Source: Paraspadella gotoi
Taxonomy: Eukaryota; Animalia; Chaetognatha
Assembly: GCA_051294375.1 (NCBI GenBank)
Contig: CM119263.1
Coordinates: forward strand, 8,091,719-8,132,947
DNA: 41,229 nucleotides
Direction of reading: 5' to 3'
The notes beneath the pieces are model-generated. The model saw only the letters and a program-made list of their open reading frames with translations, was not told where the DNA came from and did not search any database. Positions 37,802 to 41,229 of the stretch are shown here, piece after piece. Every line of letters begins with the position of its first letter. The first letter of the stretch is position 1. The position numbers and the translations under genes are program-made.

Positions 37802-37964
37802 CAGCATTCCACTCTGGCTCTCCTCTTAATGCCCCAAATCCAATTTTTCACTCCAGCGCTCCCCCTTAATGTTCAACCCCAGCATTCCACTCCAGCGCTC
37901 CCCTTAATGCTCCACCCCAGCATTCCACTCCAGCGCTCCCCTTAATGCTGCACCCCAGCATTCC
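37802..37964. repeat. ~39-bp minisatellite, ~4 copies
   Basis: Unit approximately CAGCATTCCACTCCAGCGCTCCCCTTAATGCTCCACCC. Confidence 0.85.
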
Positions 37965-38287
37965 GTTCCATCCCTCCTGTTCCCGCCCCAATGGTTTATG
38001 AGTTAGCCTTCGTTATCGTGCTTCAATCGAGATCTCGCAGCATAATGACTGTGAGGCAGCTGCGAGGCCGACTTTACAACCTCTCTGCTCAGTGGAGAGC
38101 AGATGAGAGAGGAGCAGAGCAGGACGAGAGAGAGAGAGGAGAGAGAGAGGAGAGAGAGAGAGAGACGAGAGAGAGTAAACTGTCGTATTTACTTGGCGCG
38201 GTTTACCTTACATGATGCGCGTTATTTCAGTTGCTACACTGTTTATCTGGTCTTTACGTTGTCTCGACGATAATTCCTCTTTTTCAC

Positions 38288-38369
<82 letters not shown>

Positions 38370-38372
38370 TCT

Positions 38373-38403
<31 letters not shown>

Positions 38404-41229
38404 CTCTTCTCCTCTCTCCCTCACTTTTCATCTTCTCTTTCGCCGAAAAAAAAGTGATAGAAAAAAGAAGGGTTCTCACGAAAGTCGTTAAAAAAGATCT
38501 CACAAAAAAAAAGTCATTGTTGAGACTTGAAATGATTCGGGGATTTTTGAGCGAGAGTAAGTACCGATTTAGTCTTCGTTCGTCATGTGGAGAGGGCAAA
38601 ACTTACCCTTGACAACTGCAGACGATGGATGAAATCTCGGTTTTTATCTGTCTCCAAGGGGGGGGGGTTGAACGAGCGGTGAATTGAAAAATGTTTAATG
38701 CAATTTTTATAAAATGTATGTTCGTAGCTTTCGTTATTTGGTAATAATATCTTAATAATATTTTCATGCTGTTATTTTTTTCCCACGGATAGCGAGTGTG
38801 TGTCTTTACGAGTGGGGCTATGTGGCGATTGAAGAATCGTTTCTCATTTTCTCATCTTCCCTCCTCATCTATTCGTCACGTCTTCGCTCCTCGTATCCCT
38901 CCCACTCATCTTTCTCATCCTTACCTTCTCCTCCCGCTTCATTTCTTCCTCCTCCATATCCATCTCTTCTTCCCTCATTCACATCCTCCTCAACATTTTC
39001 AACTTTTCCCTCCTTCATCCTCCTTCTCATCTTTCTCCTCATCTTTCTAATCTTCCTCCCATCCTCCTCCTCATCCTTTCTCATCTTTCTCCTCATCTTT
39101 TTTTCATCCTCCTCCTCCATCATTTTCAACTTCTCCTCATCCCTCCTCCTCATCTTCCTCCTCATCCTCCTCCTCATTTCTCCATCTCGTCTTCTTCCGC
39201 CATCCGATTCTTCAAAGATCCTACTCTTCCGTCACACCCACACAGACGCGATTGATTTAATCATGTTTCATCTCGTACACATCACCAAAAAATAAACTCC
39301 CATTGAGATTTGGACTTTTTCTATTTTTAAATCTTTCTACATTTACGGAGCCTTCTCTTTTCCGCCCATGCCTTCCGACTATTTATGTTGGCCCTAATTT
39401 CTCTTCTTTACTCCCCTTGTCTATTTCCTGGTGCCTTTGAAAGAAAGGAGAGAGAAAGAAAAAGGAAAGTGAGAGAGAGAAAGAGAGAGATCCTCTGTGC
39501 CCATTTGTTTCAATGCTCATTGTCCCTATGAGAGAGCCATTGCAATGTGACATGGGGCCCCTTCCTTGACCGGTCCTTTGGACCGATGACTTCTCTTCTT
39601 GTTCACTTTTTCATTCTCTCTCCTCTCTCCATCTCCTCTCTGCCTCTCTCTCTCTCTCTCTCTTCTCTTTCTCTCTCTCTCTCTCTTCTCTTCTCCTGCT
39701 CGGCCTCACTCTCTCTCTCCTCTCTCTTTTTTTCTTCTCTCTTTCTGGTCTTTTTCGGTCCGCGTATTGATTTTCTTCTGTCCTTTAAATAACTAATGGT
39801 CCATGATGCCGTATCATAAATAAATACTATTCATAATACGTTATAGAAGAAGATTATTCTCTCTCTCTCTTCTCCTCTCTCTCTGTTCTCTCTCTTCTCT
39901 TCTCGTCTCCTCTCTCTCTCTTCCCGTCCTCCCTCCCTCATTTCTATCTACTCCCCTTTCCCATCGTTTTTTTCCCCGCCATGGCGCCAAGCTCGTCCGT
40001 CTAATTTGATCCCAAAAGAGATTCCTCGGGGTTTTATGCTCAAAAGAATCTCATTGTTGTTTTCCCCCTAGACTGTATTCTCTCCCCCCCTCGTCCCCCC
40101 CACGTCTCTCCGCGACCCGCGTTCATATAATCTGATGGGACTCGAGTCTTTGAATTAACTCGGATTCTCTTTTCCCTTTTTTCACCTTTCCAGATTCCGC
40201 CGATTGAGTTTTGCTTTTCTCTTTTTTCTTACGGTTTGAATGACTCCGATTGCTCAATCGCTCAAACGTTCCAATGAATTTGAAAATAAGTTTTCTAGCT
40301 AATCGTTGTTAACTTTTTACAAAACTGATAACTTGCTAGAATTAAATAAAGAAAAATGCTTCTGTCCGTATTACATGAAGAAAAATACTTCTATACGTAT
40401 TAAATGTTTCTGTACGTATTAAATCGAATTTTGCCGCTGAGAAAAAAAATAATCGAGTACATTCTCGCGACCCTGAAACTGACCTCGAGCCTCACTCGAT
40501 TCGTGAGACATTTCGATCCAGTTTTAATTCTTTTCAATCGAGAGAATTCATTTGGATGAATTTTTCCACCGATTCATCCATTCAGTACTCATTTTCCGCG
40601 CCATTGTCTCAACGTGAACGAATTTCAAGGACGACGTCTCGGCTCGCTTCTCTCTTTTTCTCTATCGTTTCACGAACCCTTGCCCTTATTCTCTCTCTCT
40701 CTCNNNNNNNNNNNNNNNNNNNNNNNNNNNNNNNNNNNNNNNNNNNNNNNNNNNNNNNNNNNNNNNNNNNNNNNNNNNNNNNNNNNNNNNNNNNNNNNNN
40801 NNNNNNNNNNNNNNNNNNNNNNNNNNNNNNNNNNNNNNNNNNNNNNNNNNNNNNNNNNNNNNNNNNNNNNNNNNNNNNNNNNNNNNNNNNNNNNNNNNNN
40901 NNNNNNNNNNNNNNNNNNNNNNNNNNNNNNNTTTTTTCTTCTGCATTAGCGAAATTAGGATGAGTTAGCAATTTCCAATGGAGCAAAAGCTTTCCTTTTC
41001 TGTGATGAATGGTTTAAAGGCGTTCGCCGCCGGTTGAGACTCTGCTTATGATTTATGCTCCCCGTCCAGCGGTTCGCGTCCCTGACCCCCTTTCCACCTG
41101 CCCCTGCACTTCCCCCTTCTACATTCCCTCCCCTGCCGAGCATTATTAAAAGCTGCAGGCGAGGGTGCCACTTTCGAGCTTTCATTTGCAGGAGGGTAAG
41201 GGAGACATGTGCTCTCTCTCTCTGGTTCT

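Noticed and set aside
38850-39200. Hydrophobic or acidic ORFs 38798-39295 and 38869-39177
   Set aside because: Degenerate (TCC/TCT/CAT)n low-complexity tract.

Overview
This is AT-rich animal (invertebrate, probably arthropod-type) draft genomic scaffold, dense in (GA/CT)n microsatellites and broken by ten N-gaps. Almost all ORFs in the track are translations of microsatellites or Ns. The one clearly recognisable gene is a Mad/Mxi1 (MXD family) bHLH-Zip repressor on the + strand. Its coding exons are exon 1 (4868-4928, Sin3-interaction domain), exon 2 (16459-16558) and a 30-nt exon 3 (21744-21773, basic region). They splice in frame to MNMGIATLLKAAEYIERRDREAEHGYATSPPLHQTLESNNKRKSRTKKSQGNSRSTHNELEKN(R). 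I found no HLH-Zip exons, so they lie downstream or in a gap. A GC-box/CCAAT/Inr promoter sits at about 4030-4195. Mobile-element remnants include a Penelope-type minimal hammerhead ribozyme core (minus strand, about 2870-2930), a small MITE, a tRNA-derived SINE and a dispersed hairpin-ended repeat. The largest structures are a multi-kb fold-back with extra degenerate exon 2 copies, a ~0.9-kb tandem duplication and a ~0.6-kb inverted duplication. Each abuts a gap of exactly 25 N and differs from its partner mostly by indels, so they are most likely long-read gap-filling artefacts. I cannot support a wholly new biological system. The best leads are the hammerhead, possible regulated splicing of the basic-region microexon, a candidate poison microexon and the uORF-bearing leader.
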